A stretch of DNA of 64,000 nt from Candidatus Latescibacterota bacterium (GTDB taxonomy: Bacteria > Latescibacterota > UBA2968 > UBA8231): the NCBI GenBank assembly GCA_965248355.1, contig OZ252098.1:1760001-1824000 (forward strand), written 5' to 3'. The first letter of the stretch is position 1; every line of letters begins with the position of its first letter. Both the position numbers and the translations under genes were made by a program. Below the pieces are notes generated by a model that was not told where the DNA came from, made no database searches, and saw only the letters and a list, made by a program, of their open reading frames with translations. Of the stretch, positions 19,625-28,876 are shown piece by piece.

Positions 19625-20464
19625 CTACAGGTGTTCCCCGAGCCAGTCGAGGATCTGTTGCATGGCGCCCGGGGAGTGCAGCAGGTCGAGGCCGTGGTTG
19701 GAGACCCCGTCGAAGACTCGCAGACTCGAGTCCCGTGTGACGGAATCCAGGGCAGAGGCGAACTCGTTCAGTTGGAACACTTGTCCGTTGATCACGAGGA
19801 CATCCTCGGACCCCACCAGATAGAGGATGGAGTGCGGATCGAAGGGGTCGATGCCCGCTCCGACCACCACGGGTTGCAGGTCCGGGTTCCAGAACCCCGG
19901 GGACAGGGCGACGCCGACGCGAAGATCCTCGGGAAAGGCCCCCATGCTCACGAAGGCGACACTGGCGCCGAGGCCAACGCCGATGACGCCGATGCGAGCC
20001 TTGTCGGCCGTCGGCTGGCTCCGCAACCAGGTGATGGCGGCCTTCACCTCGAGGTGCATGTCCTCGAGGTCCGAATAGGTCAGCTGCCCCGCGGGACGAC
20101 CGTCATTCGGCAGGGGTGTCTCCCCGTGGCCGCGCAGATCGATGGCCAGGGCGTGGTAGCCGGCCTCGAGAATCCTGGGAAACCGTTCGGTGAACAGCCA
20201 CTCCAGGCGGCCGAAGTCGTCGCTCAGGTCGTGAACGAGGATGACCACGGGGCGGGTCTCGTTGCTGGAGCGGACGTAGGAGGCCGACACGGGGATGTCG
20301 TCGACCGTGGGGAAGGTGACCTCCTGGACCGGGTAGAGTTCTCCTTCCCCGGTGGGAAAGTCAGGTCCGGTGATCGCCGGGCCGTCGTCGTCGGAGCAGC
20401 CAAGAGCCAGCGCCAGGGACAGCACGAGCGGCCACGGGTACTTTGAGCGGAAGGCGGGGATCAA
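19625..20464 (-). CDS. Putative lipoprotein with alpha/beta-hydrolase fold
   Basis: Lipobox-like LALGC; AIDLRGHGE; nucleophile elbow reads GVGLG instead of GxSxG. Confidence 0.7.
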   Translation of the reverse strand: MIPAFRSKYPWPLVLSLALALGCSDDDGPAITGPDFPTGEGELYPVQEVTFPTVDDIPVSASYVRSSNETRPVVILVHDLSDDFGRLEWLFTERFPRILEAGYHALAIDLRGHGETPLPNDGRPAGQLTYSDLEDMHLEVKAAITWLRSQPTADKARIGVIGVGLGASVAFVSMGAFPEDLRVGVALSPGFWNPDLQPVVVGAGIDPFDPHSILYLVGSEDVLVINGQVFQLNEFASALDSVTRDSSLRVFDGVSNHGLDLLHSPGAMQQILDWLGEHL

Positions 20465-20611
20465 TGGTCGGGCCTCGGGGCTTTGGGCGGCCCGAGCCCC
20501 AGGCCGCCTGCGTCACTTGACCGGCACCGGAGAACCGGCGCCCTTGAAAGAAGGACTCGTTCGAAGGTAACCTTCCGCCCTTTCGGGTGTCAACGCAGCC
20601 TCTTCCTAGTG

Positions 20612-22333
20612 ATGATCCGGACTCGAGACCTCTCCGTTCAGCATGCCGGCGGCATCCAGGCCCTCCGCGGCGTCGACCTGGAGGTCTCCCACGGCGAGTG
20701 GGTGGCGATCATGGGCCCGAACGGCTCGGGCAAGACAACCCTCGCCCGCTCCCTGAACGCCCTCCTGCTTCCCACATCGGGCACCGTGACCATCGACGGT
20801 CTGTCGACCGTGGAGGAATCCCACCAGGTCGAGATACGTCGCCGGGTGGCGATGGTCTTCCAGCATCCCGACGACCAGCTCGTAGCGCCAACGGTCGAGT
20901 CCGAGATCGCCTTCGGACTCGAGAACCACGGCGTCGAGCCGGCGGCGATGCGCCGTCGGGTGGAGGAGGTCCTGCACCAGTTCGGCCTCGAGGTCTACCG
21001 GGACCACCCTCCCCATCTGCTGTCCGGCGGCGAACGCCAGAGGCTCGCCATCGCCTCGGCCGTCGCCGTACGGCCCCGCTATCTCGTGCTGGACGAGCCC
21101 ACGGCTCTGCTGGATCCCCGGAGCCGCCGCCACCTGATCGAGACCGTGGCTGACCTGTGGCGCCGCCACGGCCTGACCATCCTGCAGATCACCCAGTCCC
21201 CGGAGGAGGCGGTCGAGGCCGAGCGCCTCCTCGTCCTGTGCCAGGGCCGGCTCCTCGAAGACGGGCCACCCTCCAGGGTGTTCTCCAAAGGAGGCGCGTT
21301 GCGGCGGATCGGCCTGTCCGTGCCTTTCGCCGTCGAGGCTGCCGAGGCCGCGGGCTGCGCCTCCGACACCCTTGATCTTGGCGGCCTGGCGGCCTGGCTG
21401 ACAAACCGTTTCGACCCGGATGGCCAGCCTTCGGACGCCCCGCCCTCTCCCGGCGCCGAACCCGGTTCCGGTCGGCTGTCGGCCCGGCGGGTCGATCACA
21501 CCTACCGCAGCGGTCTGCCGGAGCCGGTACCGGCTCTGCACGCCGTCGATCTGGAGGTTCCGGCCGGCTGGATCACCGGGCTGCTGGGCCCCGGCGGTTC
21601 CGGCAAGACCACCCTCGCCCAGCACCTGAACGGGCTGCTGCGACCGACGAAGGGACAGGTCCTGCTCGACGGGAGCGACATATGGCGCACGGGAGACGCG
21701 GGCGCCGCGCGCCGGGAGGTCGGTCTGGTCTTTCAGTTTCCCGAGACCCAGCTCTTCGAGGAAACGGTCCAGGAGGACGTCGCCTTCGGCCCCCGGAACC
21801 ACGGGCACGACGAAGCCGAATCGCAGCGGCGGGCGGTCTCCGCCCTGGAGGCCGTGGGCCTGCCCGCCTCGGAGTTCGGCTCCCGCCCACCTCTGACCCT
21901 CAGCGGCGGCGAGCGCCGTCGGGCGGCGATCGCCGGCGTGCTCTCGATCCGTCCCTCTTTCCTGGTCCTCGACGAACCCACGGCCGGGCTGGACCCCGGC
22001 AACCGGGAGCGGATCGCGGACCTGCTCCGCCAGCTCGCCGGCGACGGGCACGGCCTGGTGCTGATCAGCCACGACATGGATCTGGTGGCGGATCTCTGCG
22101 GCAGCATCACCTGTCTGCAGGCTGGACGGGTCCGATGGCACGGTCCCACGGGGGAGACCTTTGACAGGATCAGCGGTCTGGATGACGGAGAGCATTCCGT
22201 GGAGCTGCCCGGTGCCCTGCAACTCGCCATCGTCCTGAGGCGCCGGGGGTGGACGGTACCGCCATGGATGACACGCGACGAAGCCTGCGGCTTCCTGCGA
22301 AGTCTGCGGCAACGGGAGGAAGGAACGAGATGA
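20612..22333 (+). CDS. Fused double ECF-transporter ATPase (EcfA1-EcfA2)
   Basis: Two ABC domains: GPNGSGKT/VFQHPDDQ/LSGGE/LDEPT and GPGGSGKT/VFQFPETQLF/LSGGE/LDEPT. Confidence 0.88.
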   Translation: MIRTRDLSVQHAGGIQALRGVDLEVSHGEWVAIMGPNGSGKTTLARSLNALLLPTSGTVTIDGLSTVEESHQVEIRRRVAMVFQHPDDQLVAPTVESEIAFGLENHGVEPAAMRRRVEEVLHQFGLEVYRDHPPHLLSGGERQRLAIASAVAVRPRYLVLDEPTALLDPRSRRHLIETVADLWRRHGLTILQITQSPEEAVEAERLLVLCQGRLLEDGPPSRVFSKGGALRRIGLSVPFAVEAAEAAGCASDTLDLGGLAAWLTNRFDPDGQPSDAPPSPGAEPGSGRLSARRVDHTYRSGLPEPVPALHAVDLEVPAGWITGLLGPGGSGKTTLAQHLNGLLRPTKGQVLLDGSDIWRTGDAGAARREVGLVFQFPETQLFEETVQEDVAFGPRNHGHDEAESQRRAVSALEAVGLPASEFGSRPPLTLSGGERRRAAIAGVLSIRPSFLVLDEPTAGLDPGNRERIADLLRQLAGDGHGLVLISHDMDLVADLCGSITCLQAGRVRWHGPTGETFDRISGLDDGEHSVELPGALQLAIVLRRRGWTVPPWMTRDEACGFLRSLRQREEGTR

Positions 22334-23652
22334 AGGGAGACGCCGGGAGCTCGGGGGACCTGATCCTGCGGGGCGGACGCATCCTCGACCCCGCCCGTGG
22401 CGTGGACGCCGTGGGCGACCTGATCATCGCGAAGGGCCTCGTCGCCCCCGGGCAGGCTGGCCGGCCAGCGCCGGAGGTGGAGGTCCTGGACGTGACGGGC
22501 CTGATCGTCTGCCCGGGCTTCATCGACTCTCACGTGCACCTTCGCGAGCCGGGATCCGAGCACAAGGAGACGATCGCCTCCGGCACCGAGGCCGCGGCCG
22601 TCGGCGGATTCACCGCCGTCGCCGCCATGCCGAACACCCAGCCGCCGCCTGACTCGGCCCATCGCCTGCGCGACCTCGCCGGGCGGGTCGGCAAGGACGC
22701 CCGCGTCCGGGTCCACGCCATCGGATGCATAACCCTGGGACGCGCCGGCAGAGAACTGGCCCCCCTCGAGGAGATGGCCGGCGCTGGCGCGGTGGCCTTC
22801 TCCGATGACGGCGATCCGGTGGAAGAAGAGGCCCTGATGCGCGCCGCCCTCGAAGGAGCCCGCCGCTGCGGACGCCCCCTGTTTCCCCACGAGGAGGTGC
22901 GATCCATGACCGCCGGTGGTTGCATGCACGAAGGCGAGGTCTCCTCCCGCCTCGGCGTGCGCGGCATGCCCGCCGCTGCGGAGGAGGAGATGATCCTGCG
23001 GGACATCGAGCTGGTCCGTCAGACGGGTGGCCGGCTGCACATCGCCCACATCAGCACCGCAGGGACGGTGGAGCTGGTTCGCGCCGCCAAGGCGGAGGGA
23101 TTGCCGGTGACCTGCGAGGCCCTTCCCCATCACTTCACGCTCACCGACGAGGAAGTGGCCCGCCAGGGGCCGCTGGCCAAGATGGCGCCGCCCCTGCGAA
23201 CCGCCGTTGACGTGGCCGCCATTCGAGCCGGACTGGCCGACGGGACGATCGACACCATCGCCACGGACCACGCACCGCACACGGTCGAGGAGAAGTCCGG
23301 TCCTCTGCCCGAAGCGGCCTTCGGAATCGTCGGCCTGGAGACGGCCATCGGGCTGTCCATCACATGCCTGGTGGAGACCGGCCTGCTCGACCTGCCGGCC
23401 CTCGTCGATCGCTGGTCCGCGGCGCCGGCGCGCGTCCTGGGCCTGCCTAGCGGACGACTCGCCACGGGGGACCCGGGAGACGTCACGGTCATCGATCCCT
23501 CCCGCCGCTGGACCGTCGATCCCGGACGCTTCCGCTCTCGTTCGCGCAACACGCCCTTCGCCGGACTCGAGCTCGTCGGACGCGCCGTCGCCACGGTGGT
23601 GGCGGGACGGGTCGCATACCGGGCGCCGGGGCTCCAGACCGTCGCCGGGTGA
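22330..23652 (+). CDS. pyrC: Dihydroorotase
   Basis: PGFIDSHVHLREPG, MPNT, HIAHIST, ATDHAPH, SRNTPF. Confidence 0.93.
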   Translation: MKGDAGSSGDLILRGGRILDPARGVDAVGDLIIAKGLVAPGQAGRPAPEVEVLDVTGLIVCPGFIDSHVHLREPGSEHKETIASGTEAAAVGGFTAVAAMPNTQPPPDSAHRLRDLAGRVGKDARVRVHAIGCITLGRAGRELAPLEEMAGAGAVAFSDDGDPVEEEALMRAALEGARRCGRPLFPHEEVRSMTAGGCMHEGEVSSRLGVRGMPAAAEEEMILRDIELVRQTGGRLHIAHISTAGTVELVRAAKAEGLPVTCEALPHHFTLTDEEVARQGPLAKMAPPLRTAVDVAAIRAGLADGTIDTIATDHAPHTVEEKSGPLPEAAFGIVGLETAIGLSITCLVETGLLDLPALVDRWSAAPARVLGLPSGRLATGDPGDVTVIDPSRRWTVDPGRFRSRSRNTPFAGLELVGRAVATVVAGRVAYRAPGLQTVAG

Positions 23653-23663
23653 CCTCGCCGGGG

Positions 23664-24836
23664 TCAGGACTCGGCGACGAAGGCGTCCTCCATGTGCTCG
23701 ACGGACGGGGGCCGGGACGAGAGATCGACGGCGACCACGTCGAAGCGGTACTCGGTCGTCTCCGCGGGCGCCGATCTCTCGACGAACTGGCTGGCGCAGT
23801 GGATCAGCTTGCGGCGCTTGTCGCGGCGCACCCGATCCTCCGGTCGATCCGACGACCGGTCGGTGGACTTGACCTCGACGAAGACACAACAGCCGTCTCC
23901 CGAGACGATGAGATCGATCTCTCCGCCCGCGGCCCGGTAGCGGTGGTGGAGGATGCGGTATCCCTTCCCTCGCAGGTAGTCGGCGGCGACCGTCTCCCCA
24001 TCCCGCCCCGTGTCGGCGCCCAGATCGAGGCAAGGCTGTTCCTGCCGGGCCAGGGGCGAGAAGGTACGGCGATGCAGGGGGCAGGGGCCGTGGCGCGACA
24101 AGGCTTCCCGGTGGGTGGGGCTCGCGTATCCCTTGTTGGTGGCGAAGCCGTATTCGGGGAACTCCCGGTGGAAGTCGCTCATCAACCGGTCCCGGTACTC
24201 CTTGGCCACCACCGAGGCGGCCGCGATGCTGATGGAACGCGCGTCCCCATCGACGATGGCGGTCTCCGGCAGGCCGCTCCCCGGCACCCGGGCGCCGTCC
24301 ACCAGGATCCGATCGGGCTCCGGGTCCAGGGCGGAGATCGCCAGGCGCATGGCCTCCATGGAGGCCTCGAGGATGTTGATCCGGTCGATCACCTCCGCCG
24401 CCACCGGAGCGACCGCCCAGGTGATGGCGATCTCCAGGATCTCGTCGCGAAGCCGGCCCCGGGTCGGGGCGTCGAGAACCTTCGAGTCGTCGAGGTCGAA
24501 CAACTCGAAGGCCTCGGCCGCCTCCGGCGGCAGCACGACCGCGGCGGCCACCACCGGTCCCGCCAGGCAGCCGCGCCCGACCTCGTCCACGCCGGCCAGG
24601 CGCAACGGGCCTTGTTGCCAGTAGCGGTCTTCGAGATCTCGCAACCGCCTCCGGCGCCGGCCTTCGGCCCGGCGGTCCCGGTAGCGCCTGCGTTCCCGAA
24701 GAGCCAGACGGCGCACCCCCGCGCGGCGGTCCTGCTCCAGCAGGGCGATGACCCGCCGGCCCGCGCCGGAGGCGGTGAGGGCCGCCTCGATCTGCGCCAC
24801 CGTGGCCCGCGGGATCGAGTCTGCATCCAGCCTCAT
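23664..24836 (-). CDS. rnhB: Ribonuclease HII fused to C-terminal YraN (UPF0102) domain
   Basis: AGVDEVGRGCLAGPV, DSK, DG, IAAASVVAK, HRRTF; then GETVAADYL..GEIDLI..VFVEVK..RFDVVAV. Confidence 0.9.
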   Translation of the reverse strand: MRLDADSIPRATVAQIEAALTASGAGRRVIALLEQDRRAGVRRLALRERRRYRDRRAEGRRRRRLRDLEDRYWQQGPLRLAGVDEVGRGCLAGPVVAAAVVLPPEAAEAFELFDLDDSKVLDAPTRGRLRDEILEIAITWAVAPVAAEVIDRINILEASMEAMRLAISALDPEPDRILVDGARVPGSGLPETAIVDGDARSISIAAASVVAKEYRDRLMSDFHREFPEYGFATNKGYASPTHREALSRHGPCPLHRRTFSPLARQEQPCLDLGADTGRDGETVAADYLRGKGYRILHHRYRAAGGEIDLIVSGDGCCVFVEVKSTDRSSDRPEDRVRRDKRRKLIHCASQFVERSAPAETTEYRFDVVAVDLSSRPPSVEHMEDAFVAES

Positions 24837-24934
24837 GTCGTTGACTGTCCTGCGGCGGATCGTATATTGCCGTAGATGGTGGGTGGAAACGAGTTTCCCT
24901 TGCGGTACAACACCTTACGAGTGGGAGGCTTGCC

Positions 24935-25531
24935 GTGCGTCCGATGATCTCCCTGGTCGTGATCACCTGCCTCGCCCTGCAGCCCGCGGTGCTGCTGGCG
25001 GAGAACGCCCCCGACGCCCGTCTCTACCTGGACGACGGGACCGTGGTCATGGGGCAGCTGCTGAATCGCGACGACGATCTCGTCATCCTCCGCAGTGGCG
25101 ACGGAGAGATCCACACCTTCGAGGTGGATCAGATCTCCAAGGTGGTCACGCTCGAGTCTCTCGGAGGCCGGGCCCACGTCGTCCAGGTTCGCGAGTTCCC
25201 GTACATCAGCTTTCTCGGTGGAACCGTGGCGCTCGGCCTCATCTCCTGGCTCCAGTTCGACACCGCTTCCGACCGCGAGGCGGAGGCGGAGATCAACAGG
25301 AAGAACACGACGGAGCTGGAGGACGGGGCCGGGCTGCTGGCCCGGGCTGAGGATCTCCAGAAGAAGGCCGATCGGGCCCGCCTCTGGGGTTGGAGCTCAG
25401 GCCTCCTCGCCGCCGGCTGCCTGGGCGTGGCCCTGATCCCGCGCACCAAGACCAAGAAGGTCTTCCCGAAGCTCTCCCTCGACGCCGCGGGAAGGCCCGA
25501 GGTCCAGCTCGTCTACCGCCACGTTTTCTGA
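24935..25531 (+). CDS. Hypothetical exported/membrane protein
   Basis: N-terminal signal peptide, YLDDGTVVMG small beta-domain, two hydrophobic segments. Confidence 0.65.
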   Translation: MRPMISLVVITCLALQPAVLLAENAPDARLYLDDGTVVMGQLLNRDDDLVILRSGDGEIHTFEVDQISKVVTLESLGGRAHVVQVREFPYISFLGGTVALGLISWLQFDTASDREAEAEINRKNTTELEDGAGLLARAEDLQKKADRARLWGWSSGLLAAGCLGVALIPRTKTKKVFPKLSLDAAGRPEVQLVYRHVF

Positions 25532-25579
25532 GCCCCTCCACGCGAGTGGGCTCCGGGTCGGCGATGGCCGGGCCCATGG

Positions 25580-26029
25580 TCATCCCGCCCGCGCCCGAAC
25601 CTGCTCGACGATCGCACGCAAACCGAGGACGTAGCTCTCCGGACCGAAGCCGGAGATCTGTCCAAGGCAGACGGGCGCGATCACGGAACGCCGCCGGAAG
25701 GGCTCGCGGCCGTGGACGTTGGACAGGTGGATCTCAACCGTCGGCAGTCCCACGGCGGAGACGGCGTCCCGCAAGGCCAGGCTGTAGTGGGTGAAGGCGC
25801 CGGGATTGAAGAGGACGCCGTCGGCCCAGTCGCGGGCTTCGTGCAGGGTCTCGATCAACTCGCCCTCGTGGTTCGATTGATGGCAGCGGACCTCCGCACC
25901 GAGCCCGGCGGCGGCGGCCCGAACCCGCTCCTCGATCCGGGCAAGGGTGTGCGTCCCGTAGACCTCGGGCTCCCGGGTGCCCAGCAGGTCCAGGTTGGGT
26001 CCGCTCAGGACGAGGATGCTGCAGGCCAA
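25580..26029 (-). CDS. aroQ: Type II 3-dehydroquinate dehydratase
   Basis: [40 protein letters not shown]. Confidence 0.94.
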   Translation of the reverse strand: MACSILVLSGPNLDLLGTREPEVYGTHTLARIEERVRAAAAGLGAEVRCHQSNHEGELIETLHEARDWADGVLFNPGAFTHYSLALRDAVSAVGLPTVEIHLSNVHGREPFRRRSVIAPVCLGQISGFGPESYVLGLRAIVEQVRARAG

Positions 26030-26766
26030 GTCTCCCTCCCTTCGCTCGCCTCGCATTGCCACTCCAACAAGGTGATGACCATCGCCGAGAGCACGACGGC
26101 GGCGGTCTCGGCGCGCAACCTTCGATTCCCCCAGGCGAACATCCGCGCCCCGAGGTGGGACAGGGCCTGCAACTCCTCCGGATCGAAGCCTCCCTCGGGA
26201 CCCACGAACAGCGCCACGGCCCGGGTCCGGTCCTCGCAGACGGAACGCAGATCCCCGGGCGCCGCGGGGTCGGCCACCAGGAGCTGGAGGCCCTCGGCGG
26301 CCATGGCGGCGGCGGCCTCGAGCAGCGGGGCCGGTTCCCTCACCTGGGGCACGCGGCTTCGCCCGCACTGCTTGGCCGCCGACCGGGCGAGCCGCCGCCA
26401 ACGATCGACGCGTCCCCCGGACCGGACCACGCTGCGCCGCGCCGTCACCGGGGTGATGGAGGCGACGCCCACCTCCGTGGCCTTCTCGACGGCGAGGTCG
26501 AACCGGACGCCCTTGACGACTGCGGCAGCCAGGTGGAGCCGCACCCGGCTCTCACCGAGGTCCTCCATGCGCCGCACGATCCGGCCCGTCACCCGTCCGT
26601 CCTCGATCGTCTGGATGAGGATGCGGTAGCCCTTCCCCGCGCCATCGATGACGTCCACCTCGTCGCCGGGCCGGTGGCGACGGACACGAACGTGGTGAGC
26701 CTCCTCGCCCTCCAGCACCACCCCGTCGTCGCGGACGCCGAGGGAGTCTACGAAGAACGCCGGCAT
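26005..26766 (-). CDS. rsmE: 16S rRNA m3U1498 methyltransferase
   Basis: [29 protein letters not shown]. Confidence 0.92.
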   Translation of the reverse strand: MPAFFVDSLGVRDDGVVLEGEEAHHVRVRRHRPGDEVDVIDGAGKGYRILIQTIEDGRVTGRIVRRMEDLGESRVRLHLAAAVVKGVRFDLAVEKATEVGVASITPVTARRSVVRSGGRVDRWRRLARSAAKQCGRSRVPQVREPAPLLEAAAAMAAEGLQLLVADPAAPGDLRSVCEDRTRAVALFVGPEGGFDPEELQALSHLGARMFAWGNRRLRAETAAVVLSAMVITLLEWQCEASEGRETWPAASSS

Positions 26767-27644
26767 CGGTCCCCCGCGGACCGGGCGCGAAGGCCGAGCC
26801 ACGCTCCCTTGGACCAGCTCCGATCGACGCGCAGCCCCGCAGGCGCCAGCCAGTCCTCGAAACGAGGGCCCTCGGCGGCGACCAGGCCCGAGAACAGGGC
26901 CACTCCGTCAACGGTCAGGGAGGAGGCGATCGCTGGCAGCAAGGGACGGACGAGGTGGCTCTCCAGGTTCGCAGCGACCACATGGAAGGCTTCCGGAGAG
27001 GCCGCCTCCACACTGCCGCAACGCACACTCGCGCGGCCGCTATCCTCCCCCAGATTGGCTCGCAGGTTGTGCCTGGCGTTGTCCACCGCCACAGGATCGA
27101 CGTCGACGGCGACCACCCGGCGGGCGCCGAGGCGGATGGCGGCGATCGACAGCACGCCGCTGCCGGCGCCCAGGTCGAGACAGAGACGGCCCTCACAGCC
27201 CGTCTCCTGCAGGGCCCGCAGGGCCAACTGCGTCGATTCGTGTCCGCCCGTGCCGAAGGCCATGGCCGGATCGATGGCGATGGAGATCTGCCCGGGCCCG
27301 GTGTCGACGGGCAGCCAGGGAGGATGCACGACGATCCGGTCGGTCGCCCACTGGGGCCGATAGAAGCGCCGCCAGTCCTCGATCCAGTCCCTCTCCGGCT
27401 CGGTTTCCACGGCCATGGAGAGCGGCCGGGGAAGTCCGGCCGGAAGGCCGGTGCTCAGTTGACCCTGAAGCCTCCGGATGTCGGGCGGGTCCTCGAAGTA
27501 GACGAGCAGCCGTGTTCCCTCGCCCTTCTCCTCGGCGTGGATGCCGCAACTGCCGAGCTCGAAGCACAGGGCGGCCACCTCGTCGCCGACCTCGGCAGGG
27601 ACTTCGAAGGCGACCCGGTGCCAGCTGCGGGCGGCGGCCAGCAT
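26748..27644 (-). CDS. prmA: Ribosomal protein L11 methyltransferase
   Basis: IDPAMAFGTGGHEST, LDLGAGSGVL, DVDPVAV, VAAN. Confidence 0.93.
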   Translation of the reverse strand: MLAAARSWHRVAFEVPAEVGDEVAALCFELGSCGIHAEEKGEGTRLLVYFEDPPDIRRLQGQLSTGLPAGLPRPLSMAVETEPERDWIEDWRRFYRPQWATDRIVVHPPWLPVDTGPGQISIAIDPAMAFGTGGHESTQLALRALQETGCEGRLCLDLGAGSGVLSIAAIRLGARRVVAVDVDPVAVDNARHNLRANLGEDSGRASVRCGSVEAASPEAFHVVAANLESHLVRPLLPAIASSLTVDGVALFSGLVAAEGPRFEDWLAPAGLRVDRSWSKGAWLGLRARSAGDRCRRSS

Positions 27645-27650
27645 GGCAGA

Positions 27651-28046
27651 TCAGGACCCGGACCAGTCCAGTTGCTGCAAGGCCGACCGCAAGCCCCCCG
27701 GTTCGGGTGGGCAGCCGGGCACGTACGCGTCGACGGGGACGACCGCATCCGCGGCCATGACCTCCGCGGTGTCGTAGGCCCCGCCCGAGCAGGCGCAGGT
27801 CCCGAAGGCGATCACCCGGGCGGGACGGGCCATGGACTGGAAAGCCTGCAACAAATGAGGCGCAAGGGCCCGGGTGACCCGGCCGGCGATGACCATGACA
27901 TCGGCCTGGAGGGGGTCGTGCACGCAGCGCAGACCGAAGCGGCACATGTCATGGGGGGGAGCGAAGAGGGCGGCCAGGTCGGCGGCACAGCAACTGGTGC
28001 CGAAAGGCAGCAGCCCGATCGACCGGCGCCGCGCCCAACTTCGCAT
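27651..28046 (-). CDS. Stand-alone NuoB/PSST-like 4Fe-4S protein
   Basis: C-terminal part of ORF 27651..29003 from MRSWARRRS: FGTSCC, QADVMVIAG, FGTCACSGG, PVDAYVPGCPP. Confidence 0.85.
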   Translation of the reverse strand: MRSWARRRSIGLLPFGTSCCAADLAALFAPPHDMCRFGLRCVHDPLQADVMVIAGRVTRALAPHLLQAFQSMARPARVIAFGTCACSGGAYDTAEVMAADAVVPVDAYVPGCPPEPGGLRSALQQLDWSGS

Positions 28047-28855
28047 CAGGCCAGCTCCTCCAGGACCCGGATGAGGCCGGCGGCGACGACGGCGAAGGCC
28101 TGGGCCTGTTCGGAGCCCGGCCCGGTTAGCATCAGAGGCCGACCGCGGTCTCCCGCCTCGCGGATCTCGCCATCGAGGGGAATCTCTCCGAGGAAGGGCA
28201 CCTCGAGGCGGACCGCGGCCTCCCGTCCCCCCCCATGGCCGAAGATCTCGTGCCGGGCGTCGCAGTGGGGACAGAGGTACCAGCTCATGTTCTCCACCAG
28301 TCCCAGGATGTCGACCTCGACCTTGTCGAACATGGACATGCCGCGCTCCACGTCCTGCAGGGCCACGCTCTGGGGGGTGGTGACCACGACCGCGCCGCTG
28401 AGGGCGACCACCTGGCTCAGGGTGAGAGCGATATCGCCCGTTCCCGGCGGCATGTCGACGAGGAGGAAGTCGAGCTCTCCCCAGTCGACCTGCTGCAGAA
28501 ACTGCTGAACGGTCTGGCCGAGGAGGGGGCCCCGCCAGATGACGGGGGTCTCCTGGCGGGTGAGGAAGCCCATGGACATCAGGGCGAGGCCGTGCGCCCG
28601 CAGGGGCCGGATACGGTTGCCGTCCCCGATCTCCGGTTCCTGCCGGACCCCGGTCAGCACGGGCAGGCTGGGACCGTAGATGTCGGCGTCCAGCAGCCCC
28701 ACCCGGGCGCCCCGGTCGGCCAGGGCCAGGGCCACGTTGAGGGCCACGGTGGACTTGCCCACGCCTCCCTTGGCGGAGGAAAAGGCCACCGCGTTGGCAA
28801 CCCCCGGCAGCGTCGTGGATTCCTCTGGCAGAGTCCGCGGGAAGGCCATGATCAT
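28046..28855 (-). CDS. mrp: Mrp/NBP35/ApbC Fe-S cluster carrier ATPase
   Basis: KGGVGKST, DADIYGPS, WRGP, DMPPGTGD, ENMS..CPHC. Confidence 0.93.
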   Translation of the reverse strand: MIMAFPRTLPEESTTLPGVANAVAFSSAKGGVGKSTVALNVALALADRGARVGLLDADIYGPSLPVLTGVRQEPEIGDGNRIRPLRAHGLALMSMGFLTRQETPVIWRGPLLGQTVQQFLQQVDWGELDFLLVDMPPGTGDIALTLSQVVALSGAVVVTTPQSVALQDVERGMSMFDKVEVDILGLVENMSWYLCPHCDARHEIFGHGGGREAAVRLEVPFLGEIPLDGEIREAGDRGRPLMLTGPGSEQAQAFAVVAAGLIRVLEELA

Positions 28856-28876
28856 GCCCCTCTGGGACCGCAGCCC

